DNA of 64,000 nt, taken from assembly GCF_030684315.1 (NCBI RefSeq), contig NC_081396.1:5084001-5148000 (forward strand). Reading direction: 5' to 3'. Below, piece after piece: positions 62,974-64,000 of the stretch. The notes beneath the pieces were generated by a model. That model saw nothing but the letters and a program-made list of their open reading frames with translations. It made no database searches and was not told where the DNA came from. Source of the stretch: Stegostoma tigrinum. Lineage: Eukaryota. The translations under genes were made by a program, and so were the position numbers. Each line of letters begins with the position of its first letter. The stretch's first letter is position 1.

Positions 62974-64000
62974 AGATGACACCCTGGCTTGCATCCCTTT
63001 TTAGTGATGCAGCTTTTGATTTCTTTACAAGAATTATTTTCTCCTCTAGGGCAATCAAGTCATCGAGTGTTACAGCGCCAACAAGGCCCTTCAGCCCATC
63101 GTGTAAATGCCAGTCATCACCATGCATCATTTCTCATCTAAGTTACCAGCACAGGGCCCGTAGCCATGTGCATTCTGATGCAGGAGGGCTCATCTAATTA
63201 GTTCTTCACTGTCTTGAGGATTGCAGTGGAAGACAAAGAAAGCTCTTTCAGCCAATGTTAGGAACAGTGGCTGTTCACTGGACCATAAAATCCACAACAA
63301 CCATCTTGAAAGTCTGAAGTCTTTCTCTGTGTTGTTCCTCACTTTTGCAAATGTGTCACTCGGTGTTAGGCTTTCTTTCAATGTCCATGAGCAGCACTTG
63401 GAAAGGTGCATTTGAGCTTACATATATTGCACAAATGTCACTGTCTTTGCAGTGGTGAAGCAAAAAGAGACAAAATAGAATAGAATAGAATGGTCTTCAT
63501 TGCCAAGTGCACTCGACTGAGTTCAGTGAAAAGCTCATGACATTTGATGCCATCCTAATTACAGGATAGCTAGGTACAGATACTTAGGCAATTATTACAG
63601 AGTTGGGAGAGTAAAACTAAAATCAACCGAGAAATACAAAGTTTTTAAAAATACTCAAATTACTCAAAGTCCAGAATAAGATTAAACACATCGTTAAAAA
63701 TTGCACATGAAACATTTGTTAACTCTGAGTCCATGCCAGCCCGACTTCATAACTGGAGGCTTTGCTGCATCCCCGCACTGGTCTATTTCGAGAAACCCGC
63801 TACCAGGGCACGTCCATCTGTGCCAGCCTGGATTCAGACTTCCTCCCAGGTCAGACTCTGGCCCGAGGCTTCACCAACAGGACTTGCCTGTGGCACTTGT
63901 CATCTATGCAGGCCAGGGTCCTGGCTCGGACTGCCTTCTGCGCTGGGCTGTGTCCCTCGTCTTGCTTCCAGGACTCATCTCTCAGTCTGCCCTGTGCTAG

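Noticed and set aside
50000-64000. TCR D, J or constant exons
   Set aside because: I found no FGxG J motif with an upstream 12-RSS and no C1-set exon by eye.

Overview
Repeat-rich vertebrate genomic DNA, almost certainly from a shark or other chondrichthyan. The evidence is HE1-type tRNA/V-domain SINEs, CR1/HER1-type LINEs, Penelope-like elements and KRAB-less C2H2 zinc-finger exons. There are two assembly gaps (23780-23924, 45602-45776). Most ORFs in the supplied track are LINE debris or spurious. Real gene content: (1) a minus-strand C2H2 zinc-finger cluster with one open 9-finger exon (14513-15418), a CpG-island promoter near 19.0-19.5 kb and several decayed paralogues; (2) a two-exon GPR139/GPR142-like GPCR (48516->46257) whose only lesion is one extra T in a T10 run; (3) from about 51.3 kb onward, an array of T-cell receptor alpha/delta-type V segments. 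The array has one intact V (57271-57605) with a near-canonical 23-bp-spacer RSS and at least three V pseudogenes, one of them inverted and split by retroelements. The most striking pattern is that these V segments appear to encode the signal peptide in the same exon as the V domain (no leader intron), and two of them have a splice acceptor 35-45 nt upstream of the ATG. A second notable system is a set of short Penelope-derived insertions carrying minimal hammerhead-ribozyme cores. Two of these are long palindromes bounded by 15-bp target-site duplications. Family assignments come from motif recognition by eye; no database searches were run.
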